From: a virus
DNA length: 64,000 bases
Virus record (IMG/VR): IMGVR_UViG_3300047462_000185
Location: 32,001 to 96,000 of that record
Reading direction: 5' to 3' (one strand)
Below, in pieces: positions 47,305-57,676 of the stretch (its first letter is position 1; every line of letters starts with the position of its first letter). The notes beneath the pieces are model-generated. The model saw only the letters and a program-made list of their open reading frames with translations, made no database searches and was not told the origin of the DNA. Both the position numbers and the translations under genes were made by a program.

Positions 47305-48040
47305 AATGCAAACCCGAAACGCTACACCCGATCGGCCGCCCCTCATCCTGATCCTCGATCATCCAAACGGACCAGCGCTGGCCCGGGTCAGCTACGCCGA
47401 GGGCGACAAAATCGTGGCCCGGCTCAACGGTCGCGTGTCGACATACCACACGAGCATGGTATTTGTTGTCCCGAATGGGGCCGAGGCGCATCTGTCACAG
47501 ATCGTCGGACACGCCTGACCCCTCCGGGGGACACCAATGCTGCGAAACCTGCTGAACCGCCTCGCCAAGCCGCACGAACTGGTAGGGCCGGCCCAAGACC
47601 CGCTGATGCGGCGCTGGTTCCTGTTTCCCAAGAACCGCTGGTTCGGCATCTACCTGCACCACATCCGGTGCAGCGATGAGGACCGGGCGCTCCACGACCA
47701 CCCGAAGCCCAACATCAGCATCGTGCTGCGCGGCTCCTATCGCGAATGGATGTTCCTCCAAGACGCGCCGCGCCGGCGCGAGACCTGGGACGGTGTCAAA
47801 CTCTTCGCCTGGGATGGCCTCGCCGTTGACGAAAGCGGCCGCATCACAGCCGCCCTGATCCGACGCGCGGGCCAGATCGTCTGGCGTCGCGCCTCTCTGG
47901 CCCATCGCATCGAGCTGATCGACGACAAGCCGTGCTGGACCCTGTTCATCACAGGCCCGAAGCACCGCCAGTGGGGCTTTCACTGTGTCCGGGGCTGGGT
48001 CCCGCATTACGTGTTCCACGACAGGAACGGATGCGGCTGA
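47305..48040 (+). CDS. Two hypothetical proteins (about 47305-47518; cupin-like 47537-48040)
   Basis: Second has YLHH..SD.DR.LHDHP..GSYRE..HRIEL..WTLFITGP..WGF. Confidence 0.6.
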
Positions 48041-48091
48041 ACGCTTAACCGAGCCGCCTCATGAGGGCGGCTTTTTTCATGGAGAAACGTC

Positions 48092-48376
48092 ATGGCGACC
48101 GGCGTGAATGCAACACCCTATGACCCCTGGTATGGCGCTGTGGGCGAGATCGGCCTCACGATGCAGAACGCGATCGCCATCACCCCGTCCGACGCCGCAC
48201 CACTGCCCTTCGTGACGCGCCAGATCCGCGTCGTCGGGGGGGGCAATCTCAACGTCATGTTCGAGAAGGCCACAGCCGCCATCACCATCGCGGTGAGCGC
48301 CGGCGAGACGCTGAACTGGCGCGTCAAGCAGGTCTTCGCGACAGGCACCACCGCGACAGCCATCGCGTTCCAGTAA
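48092..48376 (+). CDS. Head decoration / spike-base protein (Rcc01079-like)
   Basis: AITPSD..TRQIRV..GG..VKQVFATGTTAT. Confidence 0.6.
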   Translation: MATGVNATPYDPWYGAVGEIGLTMQNAIAITPSDAAPLPFVTRQIRVVGGGNLNVMFEKATAAITIAVSAGETLNWRVKQVFATGTTATAIAFQ

Positions 48377-48387
48377 GGAGCACGCCC

Positions 48388-50181
48388 ATGAGCGATCGTC
48401 CTTCACCGTCGAACCGCGAGGCGATGCCGTTCAAACTGCTCGACAGCGCTATGGTGCAACGCGTCGTGCAGGGCGCCAAGCAGATGATGGGGCTGCGTCC
48501 CATAAACGCGGGCCAGTCCCTCGCGCCGGGCCACAAGCCAAGGGTCGAGCCGACCTTCTTCCCACCCGGCGAGGCCATGATGCCGGCCGCGCCCGACGCG
48601 GCGGGCCGCAGGCTCGACTATCCGACCAACTACAACATCACCTACACGCCGCGTAGCTTCGAGAACGTCAGCTTCGAGACGTTGCGCGGCCTGGCCGAAT
48701 ACTGGGACCTGCTTAGGCTCGCCATCGAAACGCGCAAGGACCAGATGGCGAAGCTCGAATTCTCGATCATGATGAAGAAGCGGCCCGGCCAGGAGATGAG
48801 GCCTAAGGCCGACCAGCGCTGCGTCGAGGTCGAGCAGTTCCTGCAAAGCCCGGACAAGAACCTGCCCTGGGCCGACTGGGTCCGGATGCTGCTCGAGGAA
48901 CACCTCGTCATCGACGCGCCGGCCGTCTACTGCAAGAAGACGGTGGGCGGAAAGCCTTATGCGTTCCAGATTGTCGCCGGCGACACGATCAGCCCCAAGC
49001 TCGACTACTACGGCCGTCGCCCTGCACCGCCCAACGTCGCCTATCAGCAGGTCCTGAAGGGTCTGCCCGCGGTCGATTACACGGCGGACGAGATGATCTA
49101 TGCGCCGCGCAACCCGCGCGCCAACCGGGTCTACGGCATGTCGCCGGTGCAGCAGATCCTGATGACGATCAACATCGGGCTGCGCCGCCAGGTCGGCCAG
49201 TTGAACTATTTCACTGATGGCAACGTGCCCGACGCCCTGGCCCAGGTCCCGCCCGACTGGTCGCCCGACGTGATCATGCAGTTCCAGCAGATCTGGGACA
49301 GCATGATGTCGGACTTCAGCCAGCGCCGGAAAATGAAATTCATCCCGGGCGGGGTGAACTTCATCCCGACCCGGCTCGACAACTCGCTGATGGACCAGTT
49401 CGACGAGTGGCTGGCCCGCGTGGTGTGCTACTGCTTCAGCCTGCCGCCCCTGCCCTTCGTCAAGGTGCAGAACCGCAGCACGGCCGAAACAGCCTATGAG
49501 ACCTCGATCAGCGAGGGGCTCGAGCCCCTGATGATGTGGGTCAAGAACTTGATCGACCTCGCCATCACCAATTGGTTCGGCTACTCGGACCTGGAGATGG
49601 TGTGGGACGACGTCCGCAAGGTCGACCCGGCCGAAAAGGAGGAGCGCGACCTCGCCAAGGTGAAGGCCGGCGTCATCTCGATCGACGACATGCGGCTCGA
49701 CGAGGGCAAGGATCCGCTGGGCGTGCCGCCCATCGTGTTCGGCATCGGTCCGATGGGCTTCATGGCGGTGTCGGACATCGTCAAGGCGATCAAGATGGGC
49801 TACACGCTCCAGGGCGTGCCGCAGCCGATGGCCGCGCCGGGGATGGGCATGCCGGGACAGCCTGGCATGCCTGGTGCGGCGCCCCCTGGCGTGGCCCAGT
49901 CCGTCATGGGGCAAGACCCTTCGGACCCGCTGGCCGGCCTGCCACCGGCGCTGCTGCAAGCCTTTGGCCTGGTGCCGGGGTCCAAGGTCGAGCCGGCGGT
50001 GCAGCTGACCCACGAGGACCTGGAGGACGCCTACCAGGACGGCCACGACGACGCCATGCTGCTGGCCGGGACGGACCGCAGCAACGTGGTGCCGATCCAC
50101 AAGCACCCCGCCGTGCAGGCCGCGCTGCGCGACGGCACCAGGCTGGCCCAGCGTCACGCGCGTCACCTCGGCGGCCGATGA
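48388..50181 (+). CDS. Portal protein
   Basis: LVIDA..AYQQV..YGMSPV..YFTDGNVP..NRSTAE..GVISIDDMR; downstream of terL. Confidence 0.85.
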   Translation: MSDRPSPSNREAMPFKLLDSAMVQRVVQGAKQMMGLRPINAGQSLAPGHKPRVEPTFFPPGEAMMPAAPDAAGRRLDYPTNYNITYTPRSFENVSFETLRGLAEYWDLLRLAIETRKDQMAKLEFSIMMKKRPGQEMRPKADQRCVEVEQFLQSPDKNLPWADWVRMLLEEHLVIDAPAVYCKKTVGGKPYAFQIVAGDTISPKLDYYGRRPAPPNVAYQQVLKGLPAVDYTADEMIYAPRNPRANRVYGMSPVQQILMTINIGLRRQVGQLNYFTDGNVPDALAQVPPDWSPDVIMQFQQIWDSMMSDFSQRRKMKFIPGGVNFIPTRLDNSLMDQFDEWLARVVCYCFSLPPLPFVKVQNRSTAETAYETSISEGLEPLMMWVKNLIDLAITNWFGYSDLEMVWDDVRKVDPAEKEERDLAKVKAGVISIDDMRLDEGKDPLGVPPIVFGIGPMGFMAVSDIVKAIKMGYTLQGVPQPMAAPGMGMPGQPGMPGAAPPGVAQSVMGQDPSDPLAGLPPALLQAFGLVPGSKVEPAVQLTHEDLEDAYQDGHDDAMLLAGTDRSNVVPIHKHPAVQAALRDGTRLAQRHARHLGGR

Positions 50182-51197
50182 GACTGTCATGGTGGCGCTG
50201 GGGGCGCCGGCGCCGGCGCCGGCCGTTCGTGAAGCCGCTTGACATCATGGCGGGCGGCTACACCGGCCCAATGATTGCGGCGGCGCTGCTCAGTGGTCCG
50301 CAGCGTGAGCCGGGTGCTGTAATCCTGATCGGGCGCGCCATGAACATGGAGAATAAGCTGTTCGTCAGGGTCAGGCACGAATTACTGCCCAGTGAAGCGG
50401 ATGACTTGGCCAATCAACTCAGGGCGATGGCCGCGTCGGCGCGCCAGAAACGGCTATAGCCCGGTCGCGTCCATCGTTTCCGGCTTCTCGTAGAATGCGC
50501 GCGTCGTCTGCTCGAGCGTTTCCCTCGCCAGTTTGATGCCGTAATCAAGGTGCTCGGCGCTGCGGGCCATGCGTGCCAGCCGTGCCGACAGGCCGACGGT
50601 AAGGACGCCCATTGCGAGTGTTTCGTCGCTGAACACCTCGTCGAGAAATATTCTGATCTCACGCGCTCTGGCTAAAACGGCGTCGTATTGTTCTGGCGTT
50701 CGTTGCTTTATCGACATGCCGGTGGATCCTTGTCGAGCTGGCGCCCCATATGGCGCTGGAAGATGGCGCGCAGATCGTTCTCCCAGCCGCCGCCCGAGCG
50801 ATATTCGGCATAGTGTTTGATGCGGCGCAGATCGTCGCGCTCGAGCAGAAGATCGGTGCTCGCCACGACGCGGTCGGCGAGCTTGCGCATCAGGCCCTGA
50901 AAGCCGCCGGGTTGCTTGCATGGTCGATCGATGTGCGACAGCAGGGTGCGGCGCTCGAATTCGCTGAGCGTGATGGTCCAGCGGTCCGGTTCGCCGAACA
51001 GGTCGGTCACAGCTTCAGGGCTTCGAGTTCGGCCTCGGCTTGAGCGGCCCAGCGGTCATAACGCTGCGCGTCGGCGATATGATTGGCCCGGTCCTTCGAC
51101 GCAAGACAGAGTTCCGCGTAATCGCGCTCACGCTTGGCTTTCTCGCGGCAGCGCGCCGCGTATTCGCGCAGCTGGGTGGGGTCGGACTTCCAGTCGG

Positions 51198-51407
51198 TCA
51201 CTGCCTGATCTCCCGGTAGGTCACCACCCTGATGATGCTGAGCGCGGCCAGGATGCGGTCCGACGGGGCGCGCTTACCAGAAAGCACATCGGAAACATAG
51301 CTATCCGATAGATCATGCTGCTTGGCCCATTGCCTCGCGCTGCCCGCTTCCCGGCAGGCCCGAGCCAGAAAAAGCCTTACGCTCTCGACGTCCATGTCAG
51401 ATGTCAT
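51198..51407 (-). CDS. Small XRE-type HTH protein
   Basis: SARQWAKQHDLSDSYVSDVLSGKRAPS. Confidence 0.7.
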   Translation of the reverse strand: MTSDMDVESVRLFLARACREAGSARQWAKQHDLSDSYVSDVLSGKRAPSDRILAALSIIRVVTYREIRQ

Positions 51408-52041
51408 GTTTTCGCTTTTAAGCGAAATCGCTTGCGAGGGTCAAGGCGCTGGTCTATGAGTCGTGCGCCATTCCACATGTTTGTGTGTTGGCGCTGGGCG
51501 CGGCGGCTCACCGCGCGTCTCCCGGCCATTGAGGCCAAGGAAGCTCGCGTCGCCTGATCGGGACCGCGAGCATCTGCACGACGGATGCTTGCGGACGGAC
51601 GCCGTGTGGCCCCGAGCGGTCCGATGGATCGGGGCATCGTTTCAGGCCAGGAGATCGTCATGTTCGGAGTCGAACTGCTGATATTCGGCTATGCGCTGGA
51701 CCGGCTGCGCGGCTTCGTCAAGAAAGCGCCTCGGTGGCTGCCGTGACGCCGCACACGAGCCAAAGAACGAGTCATCTGATGGCATGGGTCTATTACTGGC
51801 TCTTCCAGCACGAAGGGCCTCTACCCAAACTGGCCGATATCGCCAAGCAATATCCGCGGCAGCGCATCGAGGCCTACAACATCCATCAAGCGCTTGCCTC
51901 TCTCAATCGTTCGAAGCGTATCAGGTGGCGCAGCGGGACGCGAAGCCTGCATCGCGGCCATCAGGCGATCTGCATCGTGAGCAGTGGCAAAGTGCTGAAG
52001 ACCATCGATTGCCCGTTCGATCCGCCTGGAGAGGAATCATC

Positions 52042-52308
52042 GTGAACATCGCGATCGACTACGACAACACCTTCACGCTCGACCCGCCGTTCTGGCGCGG
52101 ATTCATCATGCGTGCTGTTATGGCGGGCCACAAAGTGCTGTGTGTCACGATGCGTCACGATAGCATGCCGGTCGAACACGAGATGTCTGTTCCGGTCCAC
52201 TACACCGGTCACAAGGCGAAGCGGCCGTTCATGGAGGCGCAGGGCATCCATATCGACGTGTGGATCGACGACATGCCCGAGTTTGTCTGCGTCGATGCTG
52301 CGGCATGA
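52042..52308 (+). CDS. Small HAD-superfamily protein
   Basis: IAIDYDNTFT..VT.R..K..WIDD. Confidence 0.7.
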   Translation: MNIAIDYDNTFTLDPPFWRGFIMRAVMAGHKVLCVTMRHDSMPVEHEMSVPVHYTGHKAKRPFMEAQGIHIDVWIDDMPEFVCVDAAA

Positions 52309-52758
52309 AGCTGACCATCACCCAGACCGAGCAGATCATCGACTACTGCGGCGTGCCGTGCCGCATGTGGCGCGGCACGACCGAGAAGGGCACTCAGATC
52401 TACGCCTTCATTCCGTTCATCGGCATCCTGGCCGGCCAGGACATGAGCGAGATGGACGAGTTGATGGAGGTTCCGGCGCCGCCCCAGGCCGACGCGCTGT
52501 TGCAGAAGACCGAGCAATGACCAAGCGAAACCCATATCGCGGGGCGTGCTGGGACTTCCAGGTCAAGCCGGATTACACCGGCAAGAGCGAGATCGTTCGC
52601 GAGCCGGGCAAGCCGTATCAGATCAGCCCGATGGATCGGTCGCAGTTCAACTGCCAGGACTGCCTCGACAGCGGAACAGTGCTGGGTCCGGAGCGCCATC
52701 CGGTGTGGCCTAACTATGTGCCGTGCCCCACGTGCCAACCTGTCGAGCAGACCTCCCG

Positions 52759-53097
52759 ATGACCGACCTCGCCGGCGCCATCGAAGCACTGGATCCTGCG
52801 CATCACGCGCATGTCGCGGCGTTGCTGGTCGACATTGTGGCGGCGCGGGAGTTGCTCGCGAAGCTCACGCCGCGCGAAGCAGATGTTCTCGACTGCATGA
52901 CGCGTGGAATGCCGAACAAGGAAATCGCGCGGACCCTGGGCATTTCGCCGCGGACTGTGGAGATACACCGCGTGCGGGCGGCCAGGACGCTTGGTGTGCG
53001 GAGGTCGGCCGAGGTAATACGCATTGCCGTGCTGGGAGGTCGCATAGCACCCCCGTTCGACGGAACCGCATCGGAGAACCACCGTCGTGCCGGATGA
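52759..53097 (+). CDS. LuxR-type HTH regulator
   Basis: LTPREADVL..GMPNKEIARTLGISPRTVEIHR. Confidence 0.85.
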   Translation: MTDLAGAIEALDPAHHAHVAALLVDIVAARELLAKLTPREADVLDCMTRGMPNKEIARTLGISPRTVEIHRVRAARTLGVRRSAEVIRIAVLGGRIAPPFDGTASENHRRAG

Positions 53098-53752
53098 TGC
53101 ACCTTCTTTTTTCGAGCGGGCCGTCTATTGGCCGACTTGCTTCAAGTGCCGCAAGCGCGTCGATCAGATCACGGCCAACTATGATCATGAGCATGGCGTG
53201 CTGCGGCTCGAAGCCGAGTGTCACGGCGAGCGCGACACGGAGGTCGTTTCCATTCCTAAAGGCGCAACGCCGACGATCTTGCTGCGCTGGCAGATGAACG
53301 AGGGCTTCGCGTTCACCTGGATTTCCCCTTCATATCGAGGAGCTTTTCTCAATGACTGAGGAAATCGAGAAGATACAGGAAAAGACTGGCGAAACTCCCG
53401 AGAAGCGGATGCCTGCCCTTAGCGCTACGCCGGAGTTGCGTTGGTATAGTCGACCATTCAAGAGGTTAGGTAGCTCGACGGTCGACTACACGAAGCCAGA
53501 GTTGGAGCAGTGCTACATCGATTACGAGACAGGCGACACATTTTGGAAGGCAGTTCATCTTTTCATAGACACGATAACAGTAATGGTGAGCAACCCGCAG
53601 CCTCCTGCGCAGGATAGCGGTGATGCGTGATCTGTTGGAAACTCTCGCGGTTATATTGATCATCCTGATTTTTTGGGTGCTTAGAAGAGGACCTGAGGGC
53701 GTGGGCACCGATATTGGCGTTGCCATCGCCGCGTTCAGAAAGGCGGTCGGCC

Positions 53753-54778
53753 GTGGGTGAGATTACGGGCATCGAATGGACCGATCACACTTGGAATCCC
53801 TGGATAGGATGCCAGGCTGTCTCATGCGCATGTGATTTCTGCTACGCCGAGGCGACAGTTAAGCGTTTCGGTGGCGACTTCGCCGAACGGCGCCGCACCA
53901 GTGAGCAAAACTGGAACCAGCCGTTCCGGTGGAACCGGCAGGCCGAAGCCGAGGGTCGGCGCCATCGGGTGTTCACCTGCTCGTTTGCCGATTTCTTCGA
54001 CAACAAAGTGCCGCTCGAATGGCGCCTCGACGCATGGGCCGTGATTCACGACACGCCCTGGCTCGACTGGCAGATCCTGACCAAGCGGCCGCAGAACATC
54101 GTCGCCATGCTGCCGTCTGACTGGGGCGACGGCTGGTCGAACGTGTGGCTCGGCACCACGGTGGAGAACCAGAAAGAGGCCGATCGGCGCATCCCAGTGC
54201 TGTTGGATGTGCCCGCCGCGAAGCGCTTCCTGTCGTGCGAGCCATTGCTCGGTCCAGTCGACCTGGATGACGTCGGCCTGACGAAGGTGGATTGGGTGAT
54301 TGCCGGCGGCGAGTCAGGACTGCATGCGCGGCCAACCCACCCCGATTGGTTTCGCGACTTGCGCGACCAGTGCGTCGAGGCTGGTGTGCCGTTCTTCATG
54401 AAGCAGCATGGCGAGTGGATCGGGGTTCCTGATCTGCGCAACTTACCCGGCGGTAATGGGCCCGGCTTCGGTGCCTTCGATCATCATCCCTACGACCAAG
54501 AACATGAGGCGATTCGGGTCGGCAAGAAGCTGGCCGGCAAAACGCTGGATGGCCGCGAGTGGCAGGAGTTCCCAGAATCTTGGGATTTCCCTGCCAGCCC
54601 ATCGAACAAGAACTCGATCCCTCTGGATCATGCGGGGCCATGCATGTGCTTCGGCAAACCAATCAACCCCGTCTGGCGCTCTGCTACCGACAAGACATTG
54701 ATTGGCTATCGATGCGGCGAGTGTGGGTCTGCGTGGCCGATTTCTCCCAGGATGTTGGATTTGTCCAATGACAGCTAA
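53753..54778 (+). CDS. DUF5131 / phage Gp37-Gp68 family protein
   Basis: IEWTDHTWNPWIGC..CDFCYA..LTKRP..SCEPLLG..WVIAGGESG..PFFMKQ. Confidence 0.9.
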   Translation: MGEITGIEWTDHTWNPWIGCQAVSCACDFCYAEATVKRFGGDFAERRRTSEQNWNQPFRWNRQAEAEGRRHRVFTCSFADFFDNKVPLEWRLDAWAVIHDTPWLDWQILTKRPQNIVAMLPSDWGDGWSNVWLGTTVENQKEADRRIPVLLDVPAAKRFLSCEPLLGPVDLDDVGLTKVDWVIAGGESGLHARPTHPDWFRDLRDQCVEAGVPFFMKQHGEWIGVPDLRNLPGGNGPGFGAFDHHPYDQEHEAIRVGKKLAGKTLDGREWQEFPESWDFPASPSNKNSIPLDHAGPCMCFGKPINPVWRSATDKTLIGYRCGECGSAWPISPRMLDLSNDS

Positions 54779-55010
54779 AGCAAAGTGTGACTTCCGGCGC
54801 GACAAAAAGTCCAGGTCCGTCTACCCGACCGCCAGCGACGCCGAGCTGGCGCAATGCTTCAGGGAAGGCTCGGCCGATTGGGACAAAGGTGGGCCTTGTC
54901 CTTACCCGACCGGCGAACGCAGGTGGTGGTGGCAGCAAGGCTGCATCTTCGGGGAGAACGCATTCTGGCGGCAGAGGCGCGTCCCTGCCGCGGTGCGGGG
55001 TGCAGCATGA
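54768..55010 (+). CDS. Small Rmf-like protein
   Basis: EG..CPY..WQQG pattern. Confidence 0.4.
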   Translation: MTAKAKCDFRRDKKSRSVYPTASDAELAQCFREGSADWDKGGPCPYPTGERRWWWQQGCIFGENAFWRQRRVPAAVRGAA

Positions 55011-55243
55011 CTGACCGCAACCTGCGCCTGCCGGCCGTCATGGAGCGCACCGGCTTGAGCAAGAGCACAATCTATGATCACGTCCGCCTCGGCATCTTCC
55101 CGGCGCCGCGCAAGATCGGCCCGCGCATCTCTGCCTGGCGTGAGGACGAGATCACAGCGTGGATGGAAAATCTGCCCGAGAAGCCGCACGTCCCGCTCGA
55201 ACCCAAGCGAAATGGGACACAAAGCGGGACACGCCCCTCGTAA
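55007..55243 (+). CDS. AlpA-family excisionase/regulator
   Basis: LRLPAVMERTGLSKSTIY..FPAPRKIG..AWREDEI. Confidence 0.88.
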   Translation: MTDRNLRLPAVMERTGLSKSTIYDHVRLGIFPAPRKIGPRISAWREDEITAWMENLPEKPHVPLEPKRNGTQSGTRPS

Positions 55244-55459
55244 CGCACTGATTCCGCATCAGTCCCGTCTCCTACTCCGGGAGCCATGTGACCACCAAAA
55301 CTTCCTGCGTTATCAACAGCTTAATAGCGGAAAACCGCCGCGCCACGCATTTCGTGGTCGTCCGGCAAGAGCCGTAGAAAACCGCCAAAAACCCGTTGAA
55401 GCCGGGCCGAGTCATGTGACACGGATGGGACACCGTGTCCCATGCCCTGGTGTCCCATG
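55212..55459. other. attP region: core TCCTACTCCGGGAGCCA (55270-55286) with ATGGGACAC arm-type repeats
   Basis: tRNA 3'-end-like core between xis and int; GGGACAC / GTGTCCCAT repeats on both sides. Confidence 0.7.
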
Positions 55460-56662
55460 CCCCTCACCGACGTTCAGGTCCGCAAGGCCAAGCCGCGCGA
55501 CAAGCGCTACCGCCTGGCCGACGGTGATTGCCTCTCCCTCCTGGTGCTGCCCAGCGGGGTGAAATCGTGGCGCTTCCGTCGAGTCAGGGGTGGCGTCGAG
55601 CAGGTCCAGACCCTCGGCCAATACCCGGACATGAGCCTGATCGCGGCCCGCCGGCGGCGCGACGAGCTGCTCGACGCGCCGATCGCCGGCTCGGCCGTCT
55701 CACCCCCGCTGCGCGACGTGGCGCGGGCATGGCACACCGCCCAGGCGCCAATCTGGAAGCCGGGCCACGCCCGCGACGTCTGGACCGACCTGGAGCGGGA
55801 GATCTGGCCCAAGCTGGGCGACAAGCCGCTCTCGACGATCACCAGGCCCGAAATCCTGGCCGTGTTGCAGCCTATCCAGGACAGGGGCGCGGTCGACCTG
55901 GCGCACCGGCTGCGCCAGCGACTGACCGACATCTGGGGCTTCGCGATCCAGGGCGGCGCGCCGGTGAGCAACCCGCTGGTCGGCATGGAGCGCGCCATGA
56001 CGAAGCTGATCCAGCGCGGCCGCCGGCCCGCCGCGCTGACGCTCGAGGGCGCGCGGCAGGTGCTGGGCCGGGTCGACCGAATCCCGGCGCACCCGATCAC
56101 GCGGTTCGCGGTGCGCCTGCTCGCCCTGACCGCGTTGCGCCCTGGCGAGTTGCGCCTGGGCCGCTGGGAGGACCTGACCGACCTGGATGGCGACGAGCCG
56201 ATCTGGCGCGTCCCGCCGCTGCGCATGAAGCACAAGCTGGTCGACCAGCTCGACCAGCACGAGCACTTGGTGCCGCTGTCCCGGCAGACCGTGGCGCACC
56301 TGCGGGCGCTGCACCGGCTGACCGGCAAGACCCCGCTGATGTTCCATTCCTGGCTGGCGCGCGGCAATCCGCTGACCGAGGACGGCCTGATCCGGATCCA
56401 CCAGCGCGCCGGGCTGTCAGGGGTGCAGGTGCCACACGGCTGGCGCGCCACGTTCAGCACGATCATGAACGAGCGCTACGGGGCGGATTACAGCGTGATA
56501 GAGCTGATGCTGGCCCACAAGCCGAAGGACCAGGTCGCGGCGGCCTACAACCGGGCGCAGCACATGGCGCGCCGCCGCGAGTTGGCGCAGCGCTGGGCCG
56601 ACCTCCTCATGATCGGGTTGCTGGAGCCGGAGCAGCTGGTGGAACTGCCTCGACGGGGTTGA
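55457..56662 (+). CDS. int: Tyrosine integrase (P4-like, N-terminal arm-binding domain)
   Basis: LTDVQVRKAKP..DG..L; R (LRPGE), HGWR, LAH, AAYNR. Confidence 0.92.
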   Translation: MPLTDVQVRKAKPRDKRYRLADGDCLSLLVLPSGVKSWRFRRVRGGVEQVQTLGQYPDMSLIAARRRRDELLDAPIAGSAVSPPLRDVARAWHTAQAPIWKPGHARDVWTDLEREIWPKLGDKPLSTITRPEILAVLQPIQDRGAVDLAHRLRQRLTDIWGFAIQGGAPVSNPLVGMERAMTKLIQRGRRPAALTLEGARQVLGRVDRIPAHPITRFAVRLLALTALRPGELRLGRWEDLTDLDGDEPIWRVPPLRMKHKLVDQLDQHEHLVPLSRQTVAHLRALHRLTGKTPLMFHSWLARGNPLTEDGLIRIHQRAGLSGVQVPHGWRATFSTIMNERYGADYSVIELMLAHKPKDQVAAAYNRAQHMARRRELAQRWADLLMIGLLEPEQLVELPRRG

Positions 56663-57556
56663 TTGGCTCCCAAGTCTCGCATCGGCGCCCGTCCGTTGCC
56701 CGTGTCCAGTTCGCGTGATCGTGACCGCTGTCGATCGAGGCCCAGAACGGCAGCTCGGGCGGCAGCCAATCGCACAGCTTTGAGCCATCGATTTCTTCGC
56801 CATGCCACCGGCGGCAGGTGCCGCAGCTCTTGATCATGGTTGGTCCACACTCCTGGAGCTGACACGAACGCTCTTGCGATCAACCAGAAACGACGGCTCG
56901 AAATCGACCCACATCTCGAACGTGGCGCCGCAGCCGCAGGTGAACTCGACCTTGCCTTCAGCGTTTGGACCGCCATCGAGCACGTCGGGATTGCTGGCGT
57001 ATCGGTGCTCGGTCCCGCAGTAGGGGCAGAACCATCTGCTCATGCGAATGCCTCGATCCAGGCGCGCATGTCGCCCATCGTGCCGTGCATCGCGATCTTC
57101 AGCCCGAGATTGCGAACTTCGCTCCTGATCATGCGCGTCTCAGTATGCTTTTCCAGATCGGATAGCATCGAGGTCAGCGCATTCGGCAGGTCGCCGGCGT
57201 CGACGAATTCGAGCGCGCGGCGCTTGCAGAACGCCAAATGCTCGGCGCGGGACCAGTCCATCATGGCTCGACACGCGTGTAGCCGTCCTCGAACGCCGCC
57301 CTGGGCGATATGGACCGAAACCCATCGTCATAGCGCACCGCATAGTCGCCCACTTCGGCGCGCTCGGCCATCGCCGGCACACTCGGGAAAAACGACCGCC
57401 GCCCCTTATCGTCCGGCTCGACGAACAGCAGGCGCGTCATGCCGTGGCCGGATGGCAACGGCTCTTCCTCGATTGCCACGATGGGGAGCGCCTCGACGAT
57501 CTTGTGCGAGCGGTATTTCGGCCAGTCCGTCATATCGAGCTTCCTTTGTCGTTCTC

Positions 57557-57676
57557 GGCGCACCAGACTTCACAGTCATCAAGACCTGGAAGGCGACCGA
57601 GGACGAGCGGACCCGCGAGACGCACCGCGAGCTCGACGGGCGCCAGGTCCTGGGGATCGACACGCCGTTCCTGACC
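57557..57676 (+). pseudogene. Orphan fragment of a phage minor head (gpF-like) gene
   Basis: VIKTWKATEDERTRETHRELDG..IDTPF with no start, embedded among minus-strand genes. Confidence 0.6.

Noticed and set aside
48403-50190. Long antisense ORFs (also 45551-46891, 18052-19476, 14848-15939)
   Set aside because: Shadow frames of high-GC genes on the opposite strand
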